Source of the DNA: Candidatus Parcubacteria bacterium
GTDB taxonomy: Bacteria; Patescibacteriota; Minisyncoccia; Phycocordibacterales; PALSA-1337
Assembly: GCA_039799225.1 (NCBI GenBank)
Contig: JBDLTF010000007.1
Location: 1-41,012, forward strand
Length of the DNA: 41,012 nt
Direction of reading: 5' to 3'
The notes under the pieces were generated by a model. The model did not search any database and was not told the origin of the DNA. It worked only from the letters and a program-made list of their open reading frames with translations. The translations under genes were made by a program, and so were the position numbers. Positions 1 through 8,437 of this stretch are shown one piece after another (the stretch's first letter is position 1; every line of letters begins with the position of its first letter).

Positions 1-1
1 A

Positions 2-3000
2 TGGGAAAGTTGATGCGACTCTTGTTGATGTTGCAGTGAAGTACTCAGAGACTGTCTGACCAACCACTGAGAGCTTGGCGTATGGAGAGGTGGTTCCTAT
101 GCCGATGTTGCCACCATTGACTATTCTCAAGGCTTCAATGCGATTCGGTGAAAAGATAATTGGTGAGGTGTTGTATGTTCCAAGAACCAGACCAGAGCCT
201 CCTGCTTCAATCGCACCATATGATCCAGAATTGTTATTGAACTGGAAGAACTGATCATTAGTTCCATATAAATCAGCAGTTGTCATCCTGAATGCTCCAG
301 CGCCACCTCCAAAATTGAAATCGAATCCGGTTCCAACGAATTGATCCACCGTGATTGAACCTGTACCATTGAAAGTCAGCGCATCTCCATTTATTGTTCC
401 CACAACATCAAGAGCGTTAGCTGGTGTATCAGTTCCAATACCAACATTACCTTCGACAATAAGACCATTCGTCGGAGCAGCTAAATCAGCATACGTTGAA
501 CCAATTCCCGCATTGCCTGCAATAGAGAGACGCGATGCTCCCGAATCTGTATTCACGCTCAAACCAGCCGCATTCAAATTCATGGCATTAGGACCAGAAG
601 CGTTATTGATCCTGAAACGCATATTACCACCTGAAGGAACGTTGAAAATGGTTTCCGTTGAACCATCAGCAATGAATGTGAAATTAGAAGCTGAAGGAGT
701 GATGTTGCCTGCCCAGAATCCGCTATATTGTGAGAATCCTGGATATGAACCAAGTTGGAATGAAGGACTACCGTTCGCAAGGTTCATTCGGAATACGCTC
801 TGACCATCAGTAGTTGGAGTTACTGTAACATTGCCTTTGACGTCGAGTTTAGTCGTCGGAGATGTTGTACCGATACCTACATTTCCACTCTGCGCGATAA
901 AGATCGACGAAGTCGCAGTCAAATTGTTGCCTGCAGCATTGTAGAACGGAATCTGACCCTGAGTGCCTGAACCGATAGCTAAAGAACTGAGAAGACCGAG
1001 TGACGACGTCGCAGTAAGCGTATACCCTCCTGTGGAGTTTCCAAGGAGAAGCTGGCCGTATGAAGGAGCTGTGGTGAGTCCTGTGCCACCGTAGAGAACA
1101 CCGATCGATGAAGTAGCTGAGACAACACCGTTGTTGGCCTGGAGCGGACCATTCAATGAGCCGACAGTGAGTGCATTGGTAGTTAGACCTGCAGTGAGAG
1201 TTTGGAGAGCTGAGAAAGTATTCGTCGAGTACGTCTTTGGAATGGTCGTAGAAGCATGGATGAAGGCATTTACATCAGCATTGGTGTATGAGAGACCAAG
1301 CGAGCTTGTAGCTACCCACTGTGTACCGGAACCAGTGGTCTGGAGGATCATGCCGTTGGTGCCTGCAGAATTTGATCCATCGTACAAGCGTCCTGAGAGG
1401 CGGAGGTTGGTTGCGAAAATGTTTGGAAGGGTTGAGGTTGCAGTGGTTGATGTTGCAGTGAAGTACTCAGAGACTGTCTGGCCGACGACTGAAAGTACTG
1501 CATATGGAGACGATGTACCCATACCTATGTATCCAGTTACAGGATCACTCCAAAGATCCCATGAAGGACCCGTAAAAACGGAATCGTCATGACTGACATG
1601 CAACCTCGTCGTGCGGATACCATTTCCACCAGCACTATTACGCTGAGATTTTCCTACGTTGAGTGCGTATGCATCATCATAGTTATCCGATTGAATTTCG
1701 ATAGTATCACCTTCGCCTGTATCAACAATGCGCATCTGTCTTGGTGACGAGGCGAGACCAAAATACAAATCTGTTCCTGCAACTATTTCAGTTATAAGAT
1801 TCGCAGGATCGAACCTGATGAATTGAGTTGAGGAATTATTTACCTCGAATTTTCCTGTTGTTGTTGAGAATGTGAGTTTTGAAGAAGCGCCGAGCACACC
1901 ACCATTATTGAATTGGATTTCATTCACAGAACCGACTGGACCGAGACCAAGTGAGCTCGTTGCCATGAGTGAATATCCTGATCCATTTCCGACAAGAAGT
2001 TGTCCGTATGAAGGAGTTGAGGTGAGACCAGTACCACCGCGTGAGACTGCGAGTGTGCCTGTAGTATTGGAGATTGCTATGTTGAGAGTCGAGGTCGAAA
2101 TAGTACCAACTGATCCGTTGGTGCCGTACAAGATACCAGTAAGAGAACCGACAGCGAGAGTTCCTGTGACCGATACATTGCCACCAAGCTTCGTGTTACC
2201 GACGACTTCGAGGATGTTTCCTGTTGATGTAGTAGCATTCGAACCGATGATGATGACATCGGTTGTATCGGTCGAATATATACCGAGACTGTCTGTCGTC
2301 GTTGACCACGCAGTCGCACCGCCTGCGCCTCCTGAAGCGAGATCTGTTTGCCAGCTTGGCAATCCTCCGTTCAATTTGAGCACAAGACCGTCAAAAGATT
2401 TCGGAAGACGAGTAAGAGTTCCTGTATTATCTGCGTAGAGAATATCTCCTGGGACATACGATGTGATGCCTGTGCCTCCGTACACCTGAGAAAGTGTCGA
2501 TGTTGCTGACACTACACCGTTGACCGCCTGGAGTGCGCCGGTGATAGAACCAACCGTGAGTGAACCAGTGAGCAAGTTCGTCGTCGAAGCATATGATGCT
2601 GAGAGGTTGGTTGTTGATGCGTTACCGAAGGTCTGGAGTCCAGAGAATGTGTTCGATGTATATGTCTTCGGAATTGTTGTAGAAGCTGCGATGTATGCGT
2701 TGACATCAGCATCTGAGTAAGAAGTTCCTGAAACTATTCCGAGTGAGCTTGTAGCTACCCACTGTGTACCAGAACCAGTGGTCTGGAGGATCATGCCGTT
2801 GGTTCCTGCAGAATTTGAACCATCGTAGAAGCGACCTGAGAGGCGGAGGTTGGTTGCGAAGATATTTGAGAGGGTTGAAGTTGCAGTCGTTGAAGTTGCA
2901 GTTATGTATGCAACTGTCGGTGAAGTTGATGCACCAAGAGCACCTGAACCAGTCGAATATATCCAACCTTGGCCGAATGATGTTGCTCCCGTTCCTCCCT

Positions 3001-5194
3001 GCGAAACGCCAACAGTTCCAATGATCGATGAGAAATTGATGCCAAGCGTGCTCGTCGCCACGAGTGAATATCCTGATCCATTTCCAACAAGCATCTGACC
3101 GTATGTCGGAATTGAAGCAAGACCAGTACCACCGCGTGAGACTGCGAGTGTGCCTGTGGTGTCAGAGAGAGCGATATTGAGTGTTGAAGTAGCGATGGTG
3201 CCGACTGATCCGTTGGTGCCATAGAGAATGCCGCTCAGAGAGCCGATAGTAAGTGCGTTAGTGGTAAGACCTGCAGTGAAAGTCTGAAGTTCTGAGAAAG
3301 TATTGGTGGTGTATGTCTTCGGAATCGTTGTTGAGGCGTGGATGTATGCATTGACGAGAGTGTTCGAGTAATAACGATTGGTCACAGTCTCGGCCAAATC
3401 ATCAGTCGTCTTGGTAGTAAGCCAATAGTCAGACGAGGTAGTCGCCCAGCGTGACTGTACTGAGTCCCAGTATGTTGCTGAAGTGGTCGAGAAGAAATAT
3501 CCCTTAGCAAGAGTATTGAGATACGTCTGAACACGATCGCTTGTGAAGTAGAGATTATTCAATCCCTCATCAAGACCATCAGTTGTAGTTGCATACCAGT
3601 TTGAAAGTGTGAGATATGAATCGAGAGATGCAAATGTTGGGAGACCGAGAGATGACGTAGCAGTCTGTGTCCATCCAGTACCTGAAGAATTTCCGAGAAG
3701 AATTTGATTTGCTGATACTGACGAGATGCCTGTACCTCCGCGAGCGGCTGAGAGTGTACCGTTCCACACTGGTGTGAACGTATGAGTGTCACCAGATGAA
3801 GTGATGGTGAGTTGAATATTCGCATCTGAAGAAGTTGCAAATGTCTGAGATGCACCTGTTTGTGTCGTAGAATACTGCGCACCGAGAGATGAGATACCGA
3901 GACCACTGCCACCAGCATCGACTCCACATGAGAACGATCCACCACTCCAGATTATTTTATCAGCGCTACCTGCACAATCTGCGAGACCTGCACCAGTGAT
4001 TGTGCCGTTGATGTGGAGATTACCAACCTCAAGACCATTCGAGATGGTCGATGTTCCCGATCCCGAGACAGCTACTGTTCCACCGATCGTGACATTGCTC
4101 GAGAATATTCCTGTACTACCTGAGAATGAAGAGTTGGTGATTGTTGAACCATCGATGTTCGTAATATCAACATTCGACGATCCACTTGATCCGTTCGATC
4201 CTCCATCAGAATTCTCTATACTGTTGAAGATACGATCTGTCTGGAGTTGGTTATAAAGACGATCTGTGAGATCAGCTGCCTCGAGAGCAGAAACTCTCTG
4301 AGCAAGTGATGTATCAGTTTGATTTACATATACTGTCTGTGGCTGAACTACAATTCTCTCTGTTACCGTAGACTGAATCGGTGCTGTGGTTTTGATGACC
4401 GGAGTAGTCGCGACCTGTGTCTGAGTCGTCGACTTCGTCTCCTGTGGAGGAACAATGACGAATGATGACGAACCTGACACAGAACACCACTCGCTTCCAC
4501 CGAAGAGAACTGATGCAAATCCGCAACCAACACTACTCCACACACTTGCAGTCATCGAAGAATTATTTGTCTTCGAGAGAGTACCAGCAGTTGATCGAGA
4601 CAACGAAGAAATAGTTCCTGAAGGAAGCATTGCACCGAATACTCCGACTGCGAAGAGAACTATCGGGAGAATCGCTGTCATCATCTTGCGAGTAGTCGGT
4701 ACATATCCTGAGAAAGAACCAAGAGCACGCTTCTTGATTTGAGCTACAACCTTCACCGTTGCAGGAGACATGAGCTTCGACTCAACAGATGCCAAGACTT
4801 TCTCGTTCGCAGTAACGACAGAGCTAGTCTGAGACTGGGCCTTATTGAGCTCTGGAAGAGCTGCGCGTCCATCAGAAACATACTTGATTTCGAGGGCCTT
4901 TTCCGCAGGAATTACTGGGGAAACAACCTGTTTCTGAGAAGCGAGCTTGGCTATTTGATTCTCAGCATAGAGAGCTGCATGAGTATGAGCCACCTGAGCA
5001 GCTCCAGAATCAACGGAATTCTTGTAGAGAGAAAGAGACTCACGATCGATGAACCACGTGCGTCCAATCATGCGTGCTGCGACCTTTCCGCCGCGGCACA
5101 ATTGTCCCACGTAATCCTTGGTGTACTTGGTTATCTCGGCAGCTCGGCCAACCGAGATGAACTCTCTTCCTTCGATGATGATTGAATCTTTCAT
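2..5194 (-). CDS. Giant membrane-anchored protein, 3' end outside the window: N-terminal HTH_17/MerR-like HTH, one TM helix, then S/T/G-rich phage-tail-fibre-like repeats
   Basis: Translated by hand from ATG 5194 (MKDSIIIEGREFISVGRAAEITKYTKDYVGQLCRGGKVAARMIGRTWFIDRESL...). I met no stop in the long stretches read, and the frame at the left edge (...VSEYFTATSTRVASTFP) matches the start. TM segment MMTAILPIVLFAVGVFGAML at ~4684-4625. Recurrent GGTG, ATSSLG and GNVGIGTxxP motifs. Absent from the ORF track, presumably because it has no stop in the window. Confidence 0.92.
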   Translation of the reverse strand, partial: MKDSIIIEGREFISVGRAAEITKYTKDYVGQLCRGGKVAARMIGRTWFIDRESLSLYKNSVDSGAAQVAHTHAALYAENQIAKLASQKQVVSPVIPAEKALEIKYVSDGRAALPELNKAQSQTSSVVTANEKVLASVESKLMSPATVKVVAQIKKRALGSFSGYVPTTRKMMTAILPIVLFAVGVFGAMLPSGTISSLSRSTAGTLSKTNNSSMTASVWSSVGCGFASVLFGGSEWCSVSGSSSFVIVPPQETKSTTQTQVATTPVIKTTAPIQSTVTERIVVQPQTVYVNQTDTSLAQRVSALEAADLTDRLYNQLQTDRIFNSIENSDGGSNGSSGSSNVDITNIDGSTITNSSFSGSTGIFSSNVTIGGTVAVSGSGTSTISNGLEVGNLHINGTITGAGLADCAGSADKIIWSGGSFSCGVDAGGSGLGISSLGAQYSTTQTGASQTFATSSDANIQLTITSSGDTHTFTPVWNGTLSAARGGTGISSVSANQILLGNSSGTGWTQTATSSLGLPTFASLDSYLTLSNWYATTTDGLDEGLNNLYFTSDRVQTYLNTLAKGYFFSTTSATYWDSVQSRWATTSSDYWLTTKTTDDLAETVTNRYYSNTLVNAYIHASTTIPKTYTTNTFSELQTFTAGLTTNALTIGSLSGILYGTNGSVGTIATSTLNIALSDTTGTLAVSRGGTGLASIPTYGQMLVGNGSGYSLVATSTLGINFSSIIGTVGVSQGGTGATSFGQGWIYSTGSGALGASTSPTVAYITATSTTATSTLSNIFATNLRLSGRFYDGSNSAGTNGMILQTTGSGTQWVATSSLGIVSGTSYSDADVNAYIAASTTIPKTYTSNTFSGLQTFGNASTTNLSASYASTTNLLTGSLTVGSITGALQAVNGVVSATSTLSQVYGGTGITSYVPGDILYADNTGTLTRLPKSFDGLVLKLNGGLPSWQTDLASGGAGGATAWSTTTDSLGIYSTDTTDVIIIGSNATTSTGNILEVVGNTKLGGNVSVTGTLAVGSLTGILYGTNGSVGTISTSTLNIAISNTTGTLAVSRGGTGLTSTPSYGQLLVGNGSGYSLMATSSLGLGPVGSVNEIQFNNGGVLGASSKLTFSTTTGKFEVNNSSTQFIRFDPANLITEIVAGTDLYFGLASSPRQMRIVDTGEGDTIEIQSDNYDDAYALNVGKSQRNSAGGNGIRTTRLHVSHDDSVFTGPSWDLWSDPVTGYIGMGTSSPYAVLSVVGQTVSEYFTATSTTATSTLPNIFATNLRLSGRLYDGSNSAGTNGMILQTTGSGTQWVATSSLGLSYTNADVNAFIHASTTIPKTYSTNTFSALQTLTAGLTTNALTVGSLNGPLQANNGVVSATSSIGVLYGGTGLTTAPSYGQLLLGNSTGGYTLTATSSLGLLSSLAIGSGTQGQIPFYNAAGNNLTATSSIFIAQSGNVGIGTTSPTTKLDVKGNVTVTPTTDGQSVFRMNLANGSPSFQLGSYPGFSQYSGFWAGNITPSASNFTFIADGSTETIFNVPSGGNMRFRINNASGPNAMNLNAAGLSVNTDSGASRLSIAGNAGIGSTYADLAAPTNGLIVEGNVGIGTDTPANALDVVGTINGDALTFNGTGSITVDQFVGTGFDFNFGGGAGAFRMTTADLYGTNDQFFQFNNNSGSYGAIEAGGSGLVLGTYNTSPIIFSPNRIEALRIVNGGNIGIGTTSPYAKLSVVGQTVSEYFTATSTRVASTFP
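24..3352. repeat. In-frame internal duplications within the giant ORF
   Basis: 1302-1459 resembles 2745-2902 (offset 1443). 1955-2128 resembles 3050-3223 (offset 1095). 24-58 equals 1446-1480 (35 nt identical, offset 1422). Three copies of an AYIHASTTIPKTY-like unit at ~1200-1270, ~2630-2705 and ~3282-3352. The three offsets are multiples of 3. Confidence 0.9.
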
Positions 5195-5202
5195 TCCCCA
5201 AT

Positions 5203-5211
5203 AGTATAGCA
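5203..5211 (-). promoter_or_regulatory. Extended -10 box (TGcTATACT) 8 nt before the giant-ORF ATG
   Basis: Minus strand reads tgcTATACTattggggaATG. Confidence 0.55.
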
Positions 5212-5232
5212 ATCATCGACCTATAAAATCTC

Positions 5233-5426
5233 TGTGGATAGCACTATTATCGCTCTTCCAAAAATAAAAACCCTATATCGCATTTTAAGAGGTTATTTTT
5301 TGTGAGAGATCGGGTTTTTAGAAAGTTCATACAGAAATTTTATTCTTGATTACCATATATGTATGCAATACTGATTTTAAATACAACATTACTAATCTAT
5401 TTTATACCTTACTATTTTTATCCACA
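5233..5426. promoter_or_regulatory. Two oppositely oriented DnaA-box matches in the AT-rich divergent spacer
   Basis: TTATCCACA (perfect) at 5418-5426. TGTGGATAG at 5233-5241 (reverse complement CTATCCACA, 1 mismatch). Confidence 0.45.
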
Positions 5427-5440
5427 GTTTATATATAGTT

Positions 5441-5465
5441 TATTAATGTTTACTAATGTTATACT
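5441..5465 (+). promoter_or_regulatory. 10-bp tandem repeat overlapping an extended -10 upstream of the HTH gene
   Basis: tattaatgtt|tactaatgtt at 5441-5460, overlapping TGtTATACT at 5457-5465. Confidence 0.5.
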
Positions 5466-5497
5466 AAGGAGGTACTTATAAAGCATTATTCAAATAT

Positions 5498-5758
5498 ATG
5501 ACCAATGAATCGAAAATAGTCACTATAAAACAGGCCTCCAAGATGCTCGGAGTGACCCCTCTCACCCTCAGGAACTGGGACAATAAGGGTAAGCTCAAAG
5601 CACTTAGACATCCTCTCAATAACTACCGAGTATACAAAAGAGATGATATTGAGAAGCTTATTGAGGAGATCGGAAAGAACCAGTCCCCTGACCGACCCAA
5701 GAGGACTCCGAAGAAAGGGATCAGGAAACTCCAAGTGAAGCACCTCGACCGAGACTAG
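5498..5758 (+). CDS. Small MerR-like (BldC/Xis-type) helix-turn-helix DNA-binding protein
   Basis: VTIKQASKMLGVTPLTLRNWDNKGKL...NNYRVYKRDDI matches the MerR-type HTH. No effector domain; basic C-terminal tail; 86 aa. Confidence 0.88.
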   Translation: MTNESKIVTIKQASKMLGVTPLTLRNWDNKGKLKALRHPLNNYRVYKRDDIEKLIEEIGKNQSPDRPKRTPKKGIRKLQVKHLDRD

Positions 5759-5765
5759 TTAGTAC

Positions 5766-5886
5766 CACAAAAGACCCCCAGAGCAGCATATGTCCCGGAC
5801 TGTAACATGCAGTGAATAGCATACATTCTATTCAAGAAACTACATGTTACAGTCCGGGACATATGCTGCTCTGGGGGTCTTTTGTG
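5766..5886. repeat. Long palindrome 1: perfect 44-bp inverted repeat with a 33-nt spacer
   Basis: 5766-5809 cacaaaagacccccagagcagcatatgtcccggactgtaacatg is the exact reverse complement of 5843-5886. Inner gaatag/ctattc stem in the spacer. Confidence 0.95.
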
Positions 5887-5925
5887 ATTGAAATCCCCCC
5901 TCTTTTCATATACTATAGACCCATC

Positions 5926-7404
5926 ATGACCGACCAGGAATATATCGCAACCATAGGACTCGAGATCCACGCTGAGCTCAGCACTGCATCCAAAATGTTC
6001 TGCTCATGCAAGAATGATCCTGATGAAGAGACTCCGAACAAAAATGTCTGTTCTGTTTGTCTCGGCCATCCTGGTACCCTTCCCGTCCTCAACAAGGAAG
6101 CAATCAATCACGTACTCAAAATGGGTGTCGCCCTTGGTGGCACTCTCGCCGACTTCACGGAATGGGATCGCAAAAATTATTTCTATCCTGACATTCCGAA
6201 GGGCTACCAGATCAGCCAGTACAAGTATCCCCTCATCTCCGGTGGTTCACTTGCCGGTATCGAGCTCGAACGTATCCATCTTGAAGAAGACACCGCACAG
6301 TCGACACACGACACGCACCAGAAAAGTCTCGTCAACTTCAACCGCTCCGGTGTCCCACTTATGGAGCTCGTGACCAAGCCAGTCATCCATGACGGAACGA
6401 CCGCAGTGAAGTTTGCGAGCGAGCTCCAGCTCCTCCTCCGCTATCTCGGCGCTGGTGAAGCGAACATGGAAAAAGGTGAGATGCGCATCGAAGCGAATAT
6501 TTCTATCGCCTCCCCTGCCGACACTGCCGCAGGAAAATTTGGAACCAAGACCGAAGTCAAAAACCTCAACTCATTCCGTTCAGTCGAGAAAGCTATTGAG
6601 TATGAGATCGAACGTCAGTCCACTGTCATCCGTGATGGAGGCAAGGTCATCCAAGAAACACGTGGATGGGATGATGGTAAGAGCGAGACATATTCTCAGC
6701 GTACCAAAGAGAGTTCACACGACTATCGTTACTTCCCTGATCCTGATATACCAAAGCTCAAGATCTCTGAGATCCCTGAGTTCTCCATCGACAATCTCAA
6801 GAAGGAACTGCCTGAGCTTCCGTGGGTTCTTCGTGAGCGCTTCAAAAAAGATTTTGGTATGACCGACAAGGAAGCGGCTGTGTTCGTCGAGTCTCCTGAG
6901 ACTGCAAAGTACTATGAAGAGCTCGTGAACTATTTTGCCGCAGGAGATTCGAAGTCTGTGAAGTTGGCGACAAATTACCTCCTTACGGATTACCTCAAAT
7001 TGGTCAAAGATGCCTCATCTGGAACGGCTTCCAAGACAGGCGAAGCCACCCCTTCCCTGCTCTGGAACCTCTCCCCTTCCGTCTTTGCCGAGGTCATTAG
7101 TATGATAAACGCAGGCGAATTGTCATCTCGCGGGGCTAAGGATCTCATCAAAATCCTCTTTACCGAGAAGAGTGTATCTGCCAAGAAGGTCGCTGAAGCC
7201 AATGGTCTCATCCAGAAAAATGACCCTTCTGCCCTCGTTCCTGCCATCGAACAAGTGCTCGCTGACAACCCAAAAGCCATTGCCGAATACAAAGCAGGCA
7301 AGCTCGCTTCACTCCAGTTCCTTGTCGGTATGGCTATGAAAGCGACCAAGGGTGCGGGCAATCCAGAGATGATCAAGAAGATATTGCTCGAGAAGTTGGG
7401 GTAG
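5926..7404 (+). CDS. gatB: Asp-tRNA(Asn)/Glu-tRNA(Gln) amidotransferase subunit B
   Basis: IGLEIHAEL..SKMFC, DRKNYFYPDIPKGYQISQY, RIHLEED, EVKNLNSFR, HDYRYFPDPD, C-terminal YqeY-like region. Start moved to ATG 5926, preceded by TTGAAA-17-TACTAT at 5888-5916. Confidence 0.97.
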   Translation: MTDQEYIATIGLEIHAELSTASKMFCSCKNDPDEETPNKNVCSVCLGHPGTLPVLNKEAINHVLKMGVALGGTLADFTEWDRKNYFYPDIPKGYQISQYKYPLISGGSLAGIELERIHLEEDTAQSTHDTHQKSLVNFNRSGVPLMELVTKPVIHDGTTAVKFASELQLLLRYLGAGEANMEKGEMRIEANISIASPADTAAGKFGTKTEVKNLNSFRSVEKAIEYEIERQSTVIRDGGKVIQETRGWDDGKSETYSQRTKESSHDYRYFPDPDIPKLKISEIPEFSIDNLKKELPELPWVLRERFKKDFGMTDKEAAVFVESPETAKYYEELVNYFAAGDSKSVKLATNYLLTDYLKLVKDASSGTASKTGEATPSLLWNLSPSVFAEVISMINAGELSSRGAKDLIKILFTEKSVSAKKVAEANGLIQKNDPSALVPAIEQVLADNPKAIAEYKAGKLASLQFLVGMAMKATKGAGNPEMIKKILLEKLG

Positions 7405-7416
7405 AAATTTACGTCG

Positions 7417-7452
7417 CAAAAAAAAGACCTCATCTAAATGAGGTCTTTTTTG
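7417..7452. terminator. Bidirectional intrinsic terminator between convergent gatB and obg
   Basis: aaaaaaaagacctcat-ctaa-atgaggtcttttttg. Confidence 0.85.
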
Positions 7453-7461
7453 TTTCAATAG

Positions 7462-8433
7462 TTACTTCAATCTCGCAAGAATCTCCTCACCTATTTTCTT
7501 CACGGACTTATCATCCAATATAGAAACTTCCAATATCTCCTTCTCATATTTCTTCAGGACTTTGCGTGCTGCCTTCACTGTCTCTGCATCCACAAGATCA
7601 GTCTTGGTGAGGATAATGACTTCCTTTTTGTCAGTGAGACCCTGTCCATACTTCTCCAATTCAGTACGAATGGTTGTATAAATATCTTCGATCTTGTCAG
7701 CAGGATTCTCAAGTGAGACGAGGTGGAAGAGCGCCTTGGTCCTCTTCACGTGCTTCAAGAATTTATGTCCGAGACCCTTACCTTCTGAGGCACCTTCAAT
7801 AAGACCAGGAATATCAGCGAGCACATATCCATGGAGCGCGCCGAGGTTTGGATCAAGCGTGGTGAAGGCGTAGCTACCAACCTTCGCGTTGGCGCGGGTC
7901 AATGCATTCAAAAGACTAGACTTGCCCGCGTTCGGCAACCCGATAAATCCTGCGTCAGCGATAAGGTTGAGCTCGACAGTGAAGTCACCTTCCTCACCTT
8001 CCATTCCTGGAGTTGATTGTTCAGGCTTCACATTGGTCGATGCTTTGAAGTGTTCGTTGCCGAGACCTCCCCTACCACCATGGAGTATTTTGGAGACCTG
8101 TTCATCTTCGATAAGCTCGACCTCGCGGCCAGACTGCAAATTCTTGATGAGTGAACCTATCGGCAACTCGATATATCTATCTTCGCCTGCACCACCCTGT
8201 CTGCTCCAGTTTGCACCAGCATCTCCATTAGTCGCACGGAATTCCTTGACCGCCTTGTGGCGAGCCAATATGTTGACGTCACGAACAGCGCGTACATATA
8301 CATCGCCGCCAGGGCCACCGTTTCCGCCAGCTGCGCCGGCGTACTCCTTGCCCTTCTCGTGCCTCCAACGGACGACACCAGTACCGCCGTTACCCGCTTT
8401 CGCGTGGAATATAATTTCGTCTATGAATGCCAT
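7462..8433 (-). CDS. obg: GTPase Obg/CgtA, short form without a C-terminal domain
   Basis: Gly-rich Obg fold (AGNGGTG, GGRGGLGNEHFK), GLPNAGKSS, YAFTTLDPNLG, DIPGLIEGASEGKGLG, TKTD. Confidence 0.96.
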   Translation of the reverse strand: MAFIDEIIFHAKAGNGGTGVVRWRHEKGKEYAGAAGGNGGPGGDVYVRAVRDVNILARHKAVKEFRATNGDAGANWSRQGGAGEDRYIELPIGSLIKNLQSGREVELIEDEQVSKILHGGRGGLGNEHFKASTNVKPEQSTPGMEGEEGDFTVELNLIADAGFIGLPNAGKSSLLNALTRANAKVGSYAFTTLDPNLGALHGYVLADIPGLIEGASEGKGLGHKFLKHVKRTKALFHLVSLENPADKIEDIYTTIRTELEKYGQGLTDKKEVIILTKTDLVDAETVKAARKVLKKYEKEILEVSILDDKSVKKIGEEILARLK

Positions 8434-8437
8434 ATAA

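Noticed and set aside
24-3223. Diversity-generating retroelement TR/VR pair among the duplicated blocks
   Set aside because: Mismatches are not confined to adenines of one copy and many are synonymous. Both copies are in the same ORF, and no reverse transcriptase is present.
351-5185. Many plus-strand ORFs (351-803, 1131-1592, 1872-2438, 2850-3098, 3996-4256, 4739-5185 and others) rich in V/E/P
   Set aside because: They are antisense shadows of the giant minus-strand ORF, which carries the coherent motifs and the third-position variation.
5466-5473. AAGGAGGT as the SD of the 5498 HTH gene
   Set aside because: It lies ~24 nt from the ATG, too far for a normal SD, so it is left unexplained.
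2-5758. Prophage (tail fibre plus excisionase-like genes)
   Set aside because: No integrase, capsid, terminase or other phage gene is in the window. The fibre has a TM anchor and lies next to housekeeping genes. Sequence left of the window is unseen.
5812-5925. N-terminal extension of gatB, and similar extensions of secA, DUF1653, gmd and the 22725, 29454, 37138 and 40464 ORFs
   Set aside because: The extensions run through palindromes, promoters or neighbouring genes. Family motifs start at the downstream ATGs used here.
5926-8433. gatB without gatA/gatC, and obg lacking a C-terminal domain, as signs of decay
   Set aside because: Both have intact catalytic motifs. Dispersed gat genes and short Obg proteins are ordinary in reduced genomes.
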